Shown piece by piece: positions 1 to 14,199 of a stretch of 64,000 nt of DNA (position 1 is its first letter; every line of letters starts with the position of its first letter). Under the pieces are notes generated by a model that was not told the origin of the DNA, did not search any database, and saw only the letters and a program-made list of their open reading frames with translations. Position numbers and translations under genes: made by a program. This stretch comes from Chrysomallon squamiferum (taxonomy: Eukaryota > Animalia > Mollusca): NCBI GenBank assembly GCA_012295275.1, contig CM022677.1, positions 15,748,001 through 15,812,000 on the forward strand. Direction: 5' to 3'.

Positions 1-2309
1 GTTGCTTGTTTGATTTTTAACATTTGTATCTATAATATGGCTTTTTAAACAGGAAAACTATCTCTTTTCATAAGCTTGTTATTTCATTTTCAGACTAAAC
101 TGAGTGAAGATTGTCTAGTATAATAAGTTAAAGATAAATGTGTAAGAAGAAAAATTATTACTACATTTAATAAACACTAAAAGCATACACCATCTCCAAA
201 ACAAAGATGCCTACACTAACTGAATAAATAATCATTTTTCACATATTTATTGTTTATCACATTGAAAGATCTCAATGACAAAAATTGTGATATCATTAAT
301 CTAAAATAACAAATAAATCACATCTTTAAGTAAAATTATAAGTAAATGCAGAATAAAAATGTACTTACTTTGACTTCTTCATCTGATAAGTTGGTGAACT
401 GAAATAAAAATATACAGTTGAGACAGTTGTCCTAATGGGAAAACAAATCTGGATATTGCTGATATTTTGCTAGTTAAGGAAAATGATGGATGCAACACGA
501 ACTGCTGAACACAAAACGTGTTTCCTGAACTAATTTAACTAATGTCTGCAATGACTGAAATAAGGAAATCTCAGTATAACATAAAATGTCAGTATAAATA
601 AAATGCATATACATGCAAAAACTCTACATGATTTAAATAAAGATAATTGAAAACTAGGGAAAAAAAAGTTAGAGAGAATGACCAATGAGCCATTTCAACT
701 GAAGGTATAACCAGACTTGCTAATCATAAATCATTGTCAAAAAGCCCACAATAAGGACAAATGATTATTTTTAAGAACTGTTAGTGAATCACAACAATTT
801 GACAGAACTTGATAGAATGAACTAAAAAATAATGTACAGTGACACATGATAACTATATCATAACAGATACCAATGCTTTTCAGTTCTAATAACAAAATGT
901 TAATGTCATTCTGCACTAGGTATGCGGATTCAGTCATTTTGATTACATGCTGCATTACTTTTTTGGAACACTTAGAACTGATTCTATACATCTAATTTTA
1001 GATTTGATTAAAAATATAAATTAATAATCTGGCTACAACATTAAAGTTATCCACAATAATAATCTTTTAATCCCAAAAGATAACGAGAATTCTAATTAAT
1101 TAATAATAATAAATTGCTAATGTTTTGAATGAGATGATATAATTAATTCATAAAAAAATATATATATCAGATTTGAATCCTGAATGAAATAATTCAGACA
1201 ATCGTATGATACTGCAACACTGACAAGGAAACTAATCACTTCTTTGTCATCTCATATATAAAGTTTTGACTGGTAGGAAACAGATTGTAAGGATTTACAC
1301 CTGCTTCTTCCTTAGAAATGGCAGTTTATAACATAATTACCACCAACTTGATGCCTATGCATTTGGAAGGTACATTTTTCAGGAATATCGTGGAATTTTT
1401 ATAAAACAGAATCAGGAAATGAAGTACTGGTAATAATTATTTAAAATTATATTTTTCTTCATTGAAACAAATAAAAAAATAAATAAAATAAAAATAAATT
1501 TAATATTCCTTCATTTCCCTGCAAAAATATAAATTAAGAACATTTAAAGATATCAAACAAACTACATAAGTATAAAATCTACTGATGTGTCTTTTGTCTG
1601 ACTTACATGAAAGGTCTTCCAAGCTGGTTAAGAAAATCCTCTGAAATGCTGGACATCACAACATCCAAAGTTTGTGCTGGTGATATGATAGCTATATTTA
1701 AACAACTATCTTGTTTCATGTGCAAGTCATGTTTTCTACTATTTAGCCAGATTTGTCTAAATAAACAAATATAAAACAAAAAGTATTTAAAAAAATCTGG
1801 TATAATTTTCTTATGTGATTAATTAATTTATCATAATTATAATTTTCTGCTATACACTGAAACAAACATAAGACTTCTTAACAGCCACCATTACAATCCG
1901 ATCTACTTACTATGTAATAATAGGTTGATCCTGTAACCAGACCAAAGAACACAAACATATCGTAATTACATTATTTATGTTTACTTTCCAAATAGTAAAT
2001 GTCAAGCTTCATTTTCTCAGTCATAAGTAGACTATTTTAATAATGGTTTGTTGGTAAGTGTTTCTTTCACTATACTGGGAAAATGAGATAGAAATGTATC
2101 AAAGAATTTTCTCAATCTGACGCCTATCAACTTAATAATAGATTTACTGGCTCAACAACTGTATTTTTTACCTATCCCAGACTAGGAATGTATGCTTATT
2201 TTGCATAATAAAATCTTTTGTGAGAACAAATTCATATATAAAGTTGACCAGATTCATATTTCAGCTTATAAAGGAAAACATGTATTGATCATTAACCTTC
2301 AGAAACTAA

Positions 2310-2376
2310 CTCATCATTTTTTTAACATCCAAACAGAACTTTGGTAGCATTTGGTGACTGGCCATTATAAGCCCTG
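2310..2376 (+). mobile_element. Terminal fragment of the hAT-like element family seen at 31192-32221
   Basis: aacagaactttggtagcatttggtgactggccattataagccctg matches the end of the 31-32 kb element, with CpGs lost. Confidence 0.65.
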
Positions 2377-2831
2377 CATTCATATGTACATATGTACTTA
2401 AACACATTACTATATTACTATTATTTATTATTATAAAACATATCCAGACCACTTACTTCAGAACAAGTAGTAGTAGTAATAATAATAAAATAAAAAAGGA
2501 GGAAGTAAATAAAACAAAACAAAATGTAAATAAATAAATTAAAATTAACAATTAGTAAATTTTAAGAAAAGAAGGGAAACTGAGAAGAGTTTTTGATCAC
2601 TTAAACAAGTAAAGCACTTCTACTTGCTTGCATCCTTCTTTTTTCATTCTTCCAGACTTGTTTTTAAGAACAAAACAAACTAGAACAGTTTAAAATACCA
2701 TTACACACAGACCCATAATTCAGACCATTGGTATTTATATTTGTCTATTTATCTGCCCATCAAACTCTAAGTAAATCATCACTCACACCATGTACATCCA
2801 AACATTCCTCTAAATCCTTTTCAATGCATCC

Positions 2832-2834
<3 letters not shown>

Positions 2835-2883
<49 letters not shown>

Positions 2884-2940
2884 ATATATATATATATATA
2901 CACACATACATACACATACATACAAACACACACACACACA
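2835..2940. repeat. Compound microsatellite (CT)n(TA)n(CA)n; representative of many CA, CT, TA, TAA and TCTA arrays in the window
   Basis: Direct reading of the sequence. Confidence 0.95.
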
Positions 2941-5527
2941 TCTATGTCTCTGTTTGTGTTAGAGTCTATATAACTACATACAAATCTATCTTTCTGTATT
3001 TCTGACCATTTATAACACAAGTTCACTCTCAATATTTAGCCCTACTTCTCTGATACACAAGCATAGGTACCTGCACTCTCTTATACATATACATGTGGTT
3101 ACTGCCAACTCACTAAGCTACATATCTACTTATCTATCAATGGTTTATCTACTTTATCTGTCTATTTGTCTTTTACATTAAATCTCCCTATCTACATTCT
3201 GTATATATGTCCATCTACAAACACTCTTATATATATATATATGCACATCCCCTCTGATTGGCCCTCAGAAATACACAATAAAACTTTCTTACACATGCAT
3301 ATACATTAACTCCTCCTTTCACGTTAAATTCACAGCCACTCCTCAAAAACACACAAGCACATTCCCCTTCACATACATACATACATTTCTGTATCAGGAC
3401 AATGTAGTCAACTTACATACCTACATGCCAACACCAATTTCCATACTGCCATATATACATGTACCAACTATCATTTTCTTTTTTGATCTATCTGTTCACA
3501 TTCTGATCCATCAATAAGCATCCATAAATCATGTCCATCTCAGCAGCTGCCTCCCTGCATAACTACCTTACAACCTCTGTCTTTCTGTATATCTGTCCAT
3601 TTATAACAAAAGTACACTCTTATTCACATACGTTCTAGCACATCAAACACATGTACCTGCACTTCCATATACATGTAGTTACCTACCTTCCTATCCATCA
3701 CTCTCTATCTGTCTTTGTATCTATCCATCAAACTGCTGAGTTATCTGTTGTATACACAAACCTACCTATCTACCTACCTATCTGCTTCTTCTGTCTTATC
3801 TAGTTTTCTTTTATCTTGTCCATCCATGCATGTACCAACACATAACCATAAACCAATCATCTACCCAACTTCCTGCCTACCTACATATCTAACTATGTCT
3901 ACAAACCTACATTACAACCTGTCTTTCTGTTTGTCCATCTAGAAACACTGTATCTACATAACTTTATATATTTTCTTTCACACTTTCCAAATTAGTTGTT
4001 ATTATCACTGTGTATCTTCTTCTCTATTAATTTAGCTATGGTCTGGCTTCTATCTGTCTGTCTTATGATTACTTATCAAGGCGACTGTTTCTCATGCAGT
4101 CTGTAATCTACATCTATGTATCAATCTATCATCTATCTTTCCATCTATCTGTTCATCTGTCAGTGTTTATAGACATTTTTAAAAGTTTTTATTGAAGTTA
4201 AAATAAACAATGTTTATCATTTAACCTGTTCTGTAATTCTATAATTCTTTAAAGTAAATATTTTGAAATCATCTCTCAAATTCAGTTATCAGTTATCAGT
4301 TACCTTTACCTTCATACTATTTTCTCTAATAAATGTATTTAAAAAGGGCACTTACCTGGAAGCCCATCCATATTTCTTCCTATCTACTGCGCTTCTTGTG
4401 TACAATAAAAGTTGATATAACCTTTACACCTGTTGGTTTTTAAAATGATTATACTCTTATACCACCAGAAATTTGTTAAAATAAGTTTTTATTTTTTATT
4501 GTGAATGAAACTGGTTTTGAAAATCAATATTTATATATCTTCCAATATTAATTTTCATATTGCATTCTTATTTATTTATTTTAAATTTTCTGAAATAATA
4601 ATAATAAATAAATAAAATAAAATTTGTTTGATGCCTACCTTGATGTCATTAACATTATTAATAAGTGAATATTTCTTATCAGCGAATTCAAAATGATCTG
4701 TTATCGTTCAATGGTAAACGAAGATTAAAACGTTTTTCTAGCAGACGCGAAGTGACGTACAAGTCGGAAATGAGTCTCGATTACGATATTAGTTTCACGT
4801 CATCCAAAAGAAAAAAGACTACCGTGTTTCAAACATTTCGGAGGCCAAGACAAAATAAAAACCTTTTTTCATTTTATACTCTTTAATACTGTTTGATCTT
4901 GTTAAAACATTAATCTCTTATTTCTTACTATCATTAGGCATATCTAATTATCACTGTAAGATTGTCGTTTAACTAACAGAAAACTACATTAATATCTCCT
5001 GCATTTTAACATTATTTTTAAAAAGTCTTCTGCTACCATTACAGCCGTTTATCAGATTATATATATATATATATATATAATACATTAGCTTACTTTATCA
5101 CATTCTGACATAATTTTCAGCCGATAACTTGAGATAACAAAACGGCAATTATCTTTGATTTACAAGCACCTGAGCCAAAAATTACGTGATATTTTTATCA
5201 AGAATTCGCGTCTATTGCAATCATAATATTAAAATAGATAGTGTTCGTGGGAAGTGATGTGATATTTTATAAGGCAATAAACATATAATCATTGAAGGTG
5301 AAGGATTATTTTAAGAAATATCTAGAAATACAGATTAATGTATGTTTGTATGTGTGTGTGTCTATCTAATCTGTCTATTTATCTATTGATAATTGTTTCT
5401 TTGTTTATAATGACGACAGTAATAATATCTGACGTAACTATATTAACGATAAAAACAACAACAACTACAATAATACTAATTAAAATGATAAACAAAATAA
5501 TAATTAATAACGAATACTGAAAAAAGG

Positions 5528-6106
5528 TGTCACGGGGCTCAAACCTTTAAACATCTTGGATGTTTTATTAAAACTCAGTCTAGGGTAACAAGGGCTTTAA
5601 TGGCCACTAACAAGGAATCTAAATTGACAGCAATCTCTATAAATCAGTGTCTATCTATCTATCGACTAGAGAAAAAACCACAACACCAGTTAAGGTTCAC
5701 GTTAATTATTTAATTATTATATACAGGTGAATATATACTTGATAATAATACGTTATACAATCGTAAAACATATGTTTAATTAATTTTGATTAATGATACG
5801 AGAAAGGTCATTTGGGGAACCAAGACAAAATAAGAATCTGCTCAGAGGGCAGATTAAACCATTACTGACACATTACATCTAATCAAAATAAGAATAGATA
5901 ATTGCTTACCATACTCATCCGTAAAAACAATGCCATTCTAAAACATTGGTTTCCCTCTTTAATTACCGGAAAGTGGAAAAATTAACGTGCTAATCAGAGC
6001 TAGCTGGTGTGAAGCACGTCTACGAGGCACGTTTTCTGACAGGCCAGCGGGCGTGTCTGTTGCTGAAAAGAGTTTTGGGGAAGGAAACAGAGTGGTTCTC
6101 GTTACA
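5528..6106 (-). mobile_element. Probable solo LTR of a Gypsy-type retrotransposon (~580 bp)
   Basis: Termini TGTCACG ... CGTTACA (TG..CA short inverted ends) and a GC-richer interior. No convincing target-site duplication; orientation tentative. Confidence 0.5.
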
Positions 6107-6239
6107 ATTGCAGGACACAAAGGAATGTCCAACATGGTCTTTTTATTGATTTAAAAGATGCTATAAACACCTACAGCTAAAAATGAGAACATGAACGTTG
6201 TTAACTTATTTACATTTATAAAAAATCCATACTTGCCTA

Positions 6240-6510
6240 CACTATCTGTCTCTGGGTGTCTTCTGTTTTATTAGATAACTGTCTACATATATCTACATAT
6301 CAAACTCCTGAACTACCTAACTACCCACCTAACTGTCTCTGTGTCTGCTGTCTATTAGATATCTACATATAACTATCTACATATATCTACATATCAACCT
6401 ACTGAACTAATGACCTACCTACCTATCTGTCTCTGTGTGTGTCTGCTGTCTGTTAGATAACTATCTACATATATCTACATACCAACCTATTGAACCACTG
6501 ACCTACCTAC
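6240..6510. repeat. Degenerate tandem repeat, about 3 units of ~90 bp
   Basis: Recurring ctgtctctgtgtctgctgtctattagataactatctacatatatctacatatcaacctactgaac. Confidence 0.8.
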
Positions 6511-6723
6511 AGACAGACAGACAGAGTTATCTGTTTATCTATCCACATTACAACAGATCAATAACCATCCATCGATCATCTATCCAACTCCCTGCTACAT
6601 AACTAACTATGCCTGCTTAGCTACATTACAACCTGTATAATTTACTGTATATATCTGTCGGTCTGGCACCTGCTTATCCACATCTTTTCATTTCTTCTGC
6701 AGTTATTTCCAATTTGTAATATA

Positions 6724-7080
6724 CAGGGTGATTGAAAAGTCATTCCCTATTTTAAACAGTTCATAATTTTTTAATTTGCAGTTACTTTTTTCTCAATTCC
6801 TTCATGTATGTTATTTATATGAAAATTAAACCTAGATTGTTATTTTCTTTTCAGATGATTATTTTGTTTAAAAGTATTATTGTTTTTCTTTTCCGAGTAA
6901 TTATTTTGTTTAAAATTCAAAAACCCTATTAAGATGCAAAGAAAGTTGACTCTAAAAGAACGTGCCCAGGTAGCATGATACGAAGTTTGGAAATCTGTTA
7001 TTCAAGTGCAAAGATGGTGTTTTCACTATCTGCGGATCACTGGAATTGGAGGGGGCGACCACTTCTTTGAGCTTCCATTA
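6724..7080 (+). mobile_element. Internally deleted mariner-like (DUF4817-type) DNA transposon, 5' part
   Basis: TA|CAGGGTG terminus. ATG at 6934 reads MQRKLTLKERAQVA*YEVWKSVIQVQRW (N-terminal HTH region), then jumps to a frameshifted WIGRG-like remnant near 7040. Confidence 0.65.
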
Positions 7081-7604
7081 CAGAACCTCTTGTCATGAGT
7101 TTCGTGTGACAGTTTTTGACTGTCTTTGCATCGATCTGAGCATGTATTTAATTTTATTTAATAATTAGAGAATACTAAAAGAAAAAGTGATATTATACGA
7201 AAAGGTTATTCAAATTAAATAACGCCGTACAAATAAAATAAATATTGCACTTTTATTAATTGTCAATAAAATACATATTTAGTAGGAGAGCAGTTGATAT
7301 GACAGAATGTAGAATCGAGAATTATAGAACAGGTTAAGTTATAAACATATTTCTTTAACTTTAATAACAACATATAAGCAATTGACATACATGTGTATCT
7401 GTAAGAGTGAGTATATGTTCGTTATTTTGTTTTTTCTCACAATTTACTAATTATTTATTACAAGTATCAAGAGTAATACGAGTATCACTTGATAATTTAT
7501 ACGGTATTAAGATTGCAGATGGAGAGAAGGCTTTTAGAGTCACAACGGTTATACTGACAAATTGAGAATTAAATATACAAAATTTCTACAGATATCTGAA
7601 GAAA

Positions 7605-7694
7605 GACTGCGCGTCGGAATTTACGTTGTATTCACTGTCAGTATTTTTATTATTAACATGACATGTTTATATGATTAAATTTAGGTTTATCTGT

Positions 7695-7776
<82 letters not shown>

Positions 7777-7914
7777 TTGATAAGACGTGTAAAAATGTCA
7801 GTGTAAACAGCCACTACAGTTATTATAAGATTAACGTAATTTTCACTAGTGACTCAATTTATTCATGTAAACTGCTGGTAGTAAATAAAAACGTAAATTC
7901 CGTGGAGCAGTCTC
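7605..7914. repeat. Foldback structure: imperfect ~45 bp inverted arms around a central (AAT)10(ATT)15 palindrome
   Basis: agactgcgcgtcggaatttacgttgtattcact at ~7606 versus agtaaataaaaacgtaaattccgtggagcagtct at ~7880-7913; palindrome centre 7731/7732. Confidence 0.7.
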
Positions 7915-8043
7915 AACTGACCTTAAGAAAACTGCGCTCATACAAAACAAAGACGATATTTATGTCATTAATATAAATTGTTGCGATTCCATTAAAGTAG
8001 CAGCTCGGTTTTAAAGATATACTATTCTGTTCTTTACAGAATA

Positions 8044-8125
8044 CAGTGGTGCCTTGATTTACGAGTTTAATTCGTTCCGTGACCCGCGCTCGTATCTCAG
8101 TTTGCTCTTATATCAAATCAATTTT
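8044..8125 (+). mobile_element. One end of a Tigger/pogo-like MITE
   Basis: TA|CAGTGGTGCCTTGATTTACGAGTTTAATTCGTTCCG resembles Tigger-type termini; matching end not found. Confidence 0.55.
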
Positions 8126-9449
8126 GTGTGTTTTAATGTATGTCTTACATTCATTATTTTCCCATTCTTTTTCAAAGGTTGATTAAAAATAATGTGGATA
8201 ATTTCAGATCTATTAGATTTCTAAGTTGTCTTGGAAAGCTACTTAAATAACAGCTTCTTAAAAAACAAATAATACACTATTTGAAGTACTAGAAGAATTA
8301 TTGTACGTTTTCACATTAAATTGATTGACATACAGATTATGATCCTGATGTATATACATAAATCTTGGTTTAAAACTATGTGTATAAAAAGTGCGTGAGC
8401 GTGTCAATGAAAACATTGACGGTAGTTAGAAATATTTACGTGAATTACAGGCCTAACGCTGGGTTTGATATTTTTTCAAGATAGATCTGAGATATGTCTA
8501 GTCGACATATTTATATTTCCCGCCGATCTTCTACGTCACTGGAAATCTTTAGTTGAAAATAGTTTCGTCATTTTTACATTGAGAAATCAATGGCTGAAAA
8601 GCGCAATCGTTCTGAAGAAAACGATAGCTTATTTTTATAAGCAACGAAAATTAGGAAATATTCAACACAATAAAAGTGAGACTAATTCCTACTAACCGTC
8701 GTGACAATACGGGTGCCTGTGTGTGAACGTGGATTTATTTATTTTTCGTAGTTTTTCTGTTTACTTGTAGCCTTTTTTCGCAGATGTTTCTACGTTTTTC
8801 TGTTTTACTGCTTTGCTGAATTAAACAAAACAAATCTAACAAATTTCTCAACATTAATATAAGCAGTCGAAATCAATCTAGTCAGCCACACGGAACTCTT
8901 TTTCTCTTCTTAAGTACACATCTTTTTCAATTTCCTGTCTGTTGTATTTATAAAATAAATGTTTGTTTAGTTATCTGTGAGTCGTTTTTATTATTTTATT
9001 GTTGTTGTTTTTATTTATTTATTTTCATTTCATTTAAAGCTACCGAATTAAATTCACAACAGAAAAACTGTTAGATCCACGTCCTGATAAAGGGGAGACA
9101 AGAATTATTTTTTAATTTTTATTTAAATTTTATTTTATTTGAAATAGTCTCAATTTTTGAAATGCTTTCAGCGAATGGTAAAAATGGAAAAATAAACAAA
9201 CATAAATCAGAATAGTGACATATATAATGGCTGAGCTTTGTGATTTTACTTCGTGCATTAACATAAATAAATAAGAAGAAAGAAAAAGTGGGGGGGGGAA
9301 ACAACACCGTTTATCTGAAGTTTATGGTCAGTGATTGGCTTGTAATAAGAAAAAAATATATATATAAATAAAAAAATAGAAAAAAGAACCGCATCAATTT
9401 ATAATCAGTACGTATATTTTATTTTATTTTATTTATGTTGAATTTTCTT

Positions 9450-9490
<41 letters not shown>

Positions 9491-9494
9491 TTGT

Positions 9495-11344
9495 ACTTTC
9501 GGAAAAATGCGGGATGATTGTCGGTTTTTACGGATTTTTTTTTTTTTTTGTATTTGATGTTCGTAGATTGTCATCCAACTTTCGGAAAAATGCGGGATGA
9601 TGTTTATTAAAGCATTTCATTTTGTGAAGCAGACAGGTAGTACTATTTATTATTATTGTTGTTAATGTGTTTGGATTTTTTTGGTTTTATTTAAGTATAA
9701 TTTAAAAGTCACAGCGACATGTTTAGTCTTTAATTTTGTTTTAACAATCACTGATGTATCAGGAAAACATTTTGTGTGGCCATTAATTAAATTTGTTTTA
9801 AAAGAAATTGAAATGTGTAGCACACACCAAAGTAAACCCAGCACAACATCTATGTGTCAACTCACAGACGATTTTGTATTATTATTATTATTATTATTGT
9901 TATTTTTATTGTTATTGTTATTGTTATTTTTTTATTTATTTATTTATTTATTTATGATTGATTTTTTTAAAGATTTATGTTAAACTCCTAACTTGCTCTT
10001 TACATTATTAAATATATTTAAAATGTTTAAAACATATTAAAGTTTATAATGGGTGGGACCCAAAATGCTTTCATATTGTTTAAGCTAAATACATATAAAG
10101 CTCTATGTTAACATTAAAAACAAGTAAAGGTGAATAAAAAGTTAAGAAAAATATGATCAGGTTATTTCATATGTAAACACTGTAAAATATTAATAAAATT
10201 ATTTGTTATAATAATATTTAACACACACACACACACACAGATAATTTGTGATCATAATAGCAAAAGATATTAGTATATTGTACAGTTTCTAAGCACAAAA
10301 CACTACTAATTGAAGATTCCTTTTTGAAGTTTGTGTACATATTCCGTAGATGTCTCATGTAAATAATATGACTAATACTATGACATCCAAAACATTTACA
10401 TCTGTATCTATAGATAATATACCTGGTTGACATTAATTGCTTCATCACACCTATACCTATTACAAAAATGTTCAACTCGTACAGTGTAAACCTATGAATG
10501 TACAAGGTCTGAATTCTGTCAATTCTGTGTTTGTATAGTATGTGTCTGTGAGTCTATTTTAAACATTTCTAGTTGGTTTTGTTCTTACAAACAAGACTGG
10601 AAGAATTAAAAAAGAAGGATGCAAGCAAGGTAGAAGTGCTTTATTTTTTTGTGATAAAAAATAGTTCTGTTTCCCTTTGTTTTAAAAACTTTACTAATTG
10701 TCAGTTTTAATTTATTTATTTACATTTTGTTTTGTGCTGTTGTACTTCCTTCTTTTTTTATCTTCCTCTTATTATTGAGTTTGTTAATTGTGACTAATCC
10801 AGTTTACTTCCAAAATTGCTAAAATGGCATCTTGTTTTGCCAATTTAATTTTCTATTACTTTTATGTTTCATTTTTATTATTATTTTTTTTTTTAATCTT
10901 TATTATTGTTCATTTTCTTTTACGTTATGATCACACTGTTTAGGGAGACAGCATTATTGGCTACCATATCACTGAGAACACCGCACCCACCACCACAACC
11001 TCCACCAACAACCTAAGTGACAAAACTTGCTCTCATTGAAGCCAAATATTCTAGATACCTCCAGTGACAAGACAAAATCCATGACAGCAAATTTTGCTGA
11101 AAGATGCTTATGGATATATCAATGGTTTACATTCAGCATGGTCAGGAACAAGAAGGAAAGAGCAAAGCACCATTGAAGTCTGCTTTTTTGTGAAAACAAG
11201 CTGGTGCTGGTAAAAAGACTTCATCTGCTACGCTGTCAAACAAAACCACTTGGCAGATGACTGGATTGGCTGTGTGCAAAGACAACAGCCAGGAAGTTGA
11301 GCAGCAGGTGATGTCTGTGTGGCATGGTATGTTTTATTAGTGTA

Positions 11345-11412
<68 letters not shown>

Positions 11413-13050
11413 AAAAATATGCAAAATATGCAAAAAAAAGCATTTATCAGACAAATGTAGACTGATTAAAAAAATAAAAAGTATCGTGTTCATGTTGAAA
11501 TTATTAAAAACTTTGTTTACCATTGATGTTAAATATATTATGTAGGTCATTGCAGTATTGTTCAGGTGCTGTCTAGAAAGGTAATTTATGTTATGGAGAA
11601 GGATGAATCAGCTGTACAGAAACTGCAGACTGCACAATTCCAAGTTTTGAGTTTTTTTTATCTTATTTTTATTTCTTAGTAAAATACATTTTATAGTAAC
11701 ATCTCTTTACTGATTATAAAATAGCAGAATAATAATCACTTATTTACTATTTTGTTAATTATTTAAATTGTAACCATTATTATTATCATTATAATGATTA
11801 TTCAAGGTATATCAAAAATATCCCACACCCCTTTTTGTCTGAATAATCCAGTAAATGATACCAGTAAAATTTTAATTTTTATAATAAAAGAAACATAGTT
11901 ATTTATTTATAACATTTATTATTCTTATTTTTTTTCTTCAGAAAGCACATACAGCTCTAACTGATGTGCTGATGTTGGCTAGTGAAGCTGTCCAGCACTG
12001 AGGATAAAGTTTGTACTGCTGCCACTGGAAAAAAGAAACAACTGAACAGGTAAATTATTATTCTAAACCTGATGAAGTTTAATTTAATTTTATGTAGGAA
12101 GCTGCATTTTGTAAATATTATATCAGTAAGTACACATGCACATACATTAGTATCTTGTATAACACACTATATTTTATACCATCTACATTTCTGTCATGTA
12201 CATATCTCTCTGTCTCTTTCTCTCTCTCTCTCTCACTCACTCACTCACTCACTCACTCACTCTCACTTCCATTCATACAGACCTGATTATTTTGTTGTAA
12301 ATTTCTGTATTTTATAACAAAAGAAGAAGAAGCGTCATATTTTAAGAGTATTTTAAAAAGTTTAAATACAAGAAGAGCTAATTCTGTGAGCTCACCAAGG
12401 AGAGAAATGTCATCAATGAATATGGCAGAACAGGAACATCTGTAGAGGTTGTTGTTATAGTAGTAGTATTAGTCATTGCCATTTTGTAGTAATGTAGTTG
12501 TTACAGCATTAATAATAATACTACTTGTTGTAGTAATATTGTAAAATTGATCTTGGTGATGTTTTAGTGGGTGATGTTGTCTCAGGTTTAGTAATGTATC
12601 TTGTGAGACTGATGGTGATTAAAAAAAAGCTGGTTGTAGTGGTGGTAGTAGCAGTACCAGTTCTAATAGTTGTTTTTAGAGAAATGATAAATGTAACATG
12701 AAGAGTAGGTTAACAGCAGCAATAATAGTAGTAATAGTAGTCATAGTTGTTGTTGTTGTAATAATTATAATAATATTAGTATATAGAAATACAGGCATAG
12801 GAGTAATACTGAAAAGAGTAAAAAATATCACTTTTATTATTAATGGATAGTAATTTTAGTAAAAGCAGTATTATTTCAATAAAAGTAACCCCAGTTGAAT
12901 AAGGAATAACAATAAATATTAGTTATAGTAATGATGGTAATGAAAGTGGCATGTAGTGTTGCAGTAAATGTAGTAGTAGCAGTATTTTATTTATTTTACA
13001 TTTTTTACTGTATTTTATTTATTTATTTATTTACTCAAACTAGGCAGTGA
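9495..13050 (+). repeat. Diverged direct segmental duplication, partner at ~58775-61990; partial third copy at ~55830-56045 and inverted piece at ~2490-2697
   Basis: Colinear shared blocks, e.g. gaaaaatgcgggatgattgtcgg, tataatgggtggg, taggtcattgcagtattgttcag, gcacatacagctcta...ctgaacag|gt, acctgattattttgttgtaaatttct. Confidence 0.9.
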
Positions 13051-14130
13051 CCCACCAATGTGACTCTGACTCAGAGTTGTTCAAAGTTCTGCTGATGAAA
13101 AGCTCAATTTTGGTGACCTGGACATTGAAGCTGACCACGTCAGACTACAACAATTCTTAAGTTGGAGAGTGTTCCACCAGGTCACCAATCTCAACAGTCA
13201 AATATTAGGAGACTTGAAAAACTTGAACATGCTAAAACCAGGCAAAGAAAAACATTAAAATGAAACCACTTGGCAGACAACTGTGATTGCAGTGTGTGAC
13301 AGTGGCAAAGTCAAAATCCATGAAGTTCAGCAGCAGGTGACTTAGTTTACTTCCATTAGCATTGTTTTATTTCTTTTTAGCTTAAATTTGTACTAGGAGT
13401 AATCAAAACAGTCTCATTTTTAACTCACATGGCTTAAAGAACGATATTGAGGTATGTGTGAAATCAGTTCATAAAGAAAAGCTCATCTTGTTGAAGGTGT
13501 TTCTGAGTGAAAAATTCTTCTTTAGCTTTAATTATGTGATTGACATTCATCTTTATTTTAGACATATTTGTCATCACTCTAACTAAAATAGTTATATTTA
13601 AATTTTAATATTATTTTTAATATTTACTTTATTTTATATATTTATTTTTTAAAATACTGGCATTCAAAACTTCTCTGCATATTTATCATAAATTAATAGG
13701 ATCCATCAGCTATACATGTGACTCTCATTATATTGAAGAATCTAACTAGCTGAAGTAATTAGTTTAAATTTGGGATTAAATGCCTTTCTTTAGTTTTTAT
13801 TTATGAATTTGTTTTTGTTTATGAGAAATAATGCCTGCCAAAACAGTCTGCTAGATCATTATAGAAGTTCAAGATGAAAGAGGAAATAAAAGAGAGAAAT
13901 GTACTCAGTGGATCCAGATAAAACAAACTGTAAGCTGGAAACCATTTTGAGTTTGTGGCTAATCCAGCTTTACTTCCAAAATTGCTAAAATGTCATCTTG
14001 TTTTTCAATCTGTTTCTGGTTTTGCAGGTGATTTTGAGAAAAAAAAACTGAAGATGCCAAATTCATCTGATACTGATACTAGCCAGTCAGAAGAATTCAA
14101 TAAAACAGGGAGCTGTTCTGAACTAAGTGG
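10940..14130 (+). pseudogene. Decayed exons of an unidentified Lys/Arg-rich gene
   Basis: Splice-bounded, GC-richer segments (~10940-11307, 11942-12049, 13044-13336, from 14028) with stops; partly conserved in the 60-62 kb duplicate. Confidence 0.4.
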
Positions 14131-14199
14131 TATCGATATGTTTTATAATAATAAACAATAGTAATGTGTTTAAGTACACATGAACATTACATATGAATG

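Larger units (their letters stand above)
369..4472 (-). pseudogene. Decayed multi-exon gene, family copy 1: UPA-like, death-domain-like and HOIP-RING1-like exons
   Basis: Minus-strand exons, most with AG/GT ends: ~4472-4356 (ISGGIRV*SF*KPTGVKVISTFIVHKKRSR*EEIWMGFQ), 2123-1985 (ISISFSQYSERNTYQQTIIKI), 1756-1607 (open 150 nt, ends TLDVVMSSISEDFLNQLGRPF), ~1398-1301 (NSTIFLKNVPSKCIGIKLVVIML*TAISKEE), 991-~670 (GICYDIVIMCHCTLFFSSFYQVLSNCCDSLTVLK/IICPYCGLFDND), 398-369. Stops and frameshifts throughout. Domain names are by recalled motif similarity. Confidence 0.55.

Noticed and set aside
737-991. Roco/MFHAS1 COR-domain C-terminus
   Set aside because: Superficial similarity only; Cys spacing and the two paralogous exons fit a RING1-like finger better, and no Roc GTPase motifs were seen.
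5980-6106. tRNA or SINE head in a GC-rich patch
   Set aside because: No A/B boxes or cloverleaf found; better explained as an LTR end.
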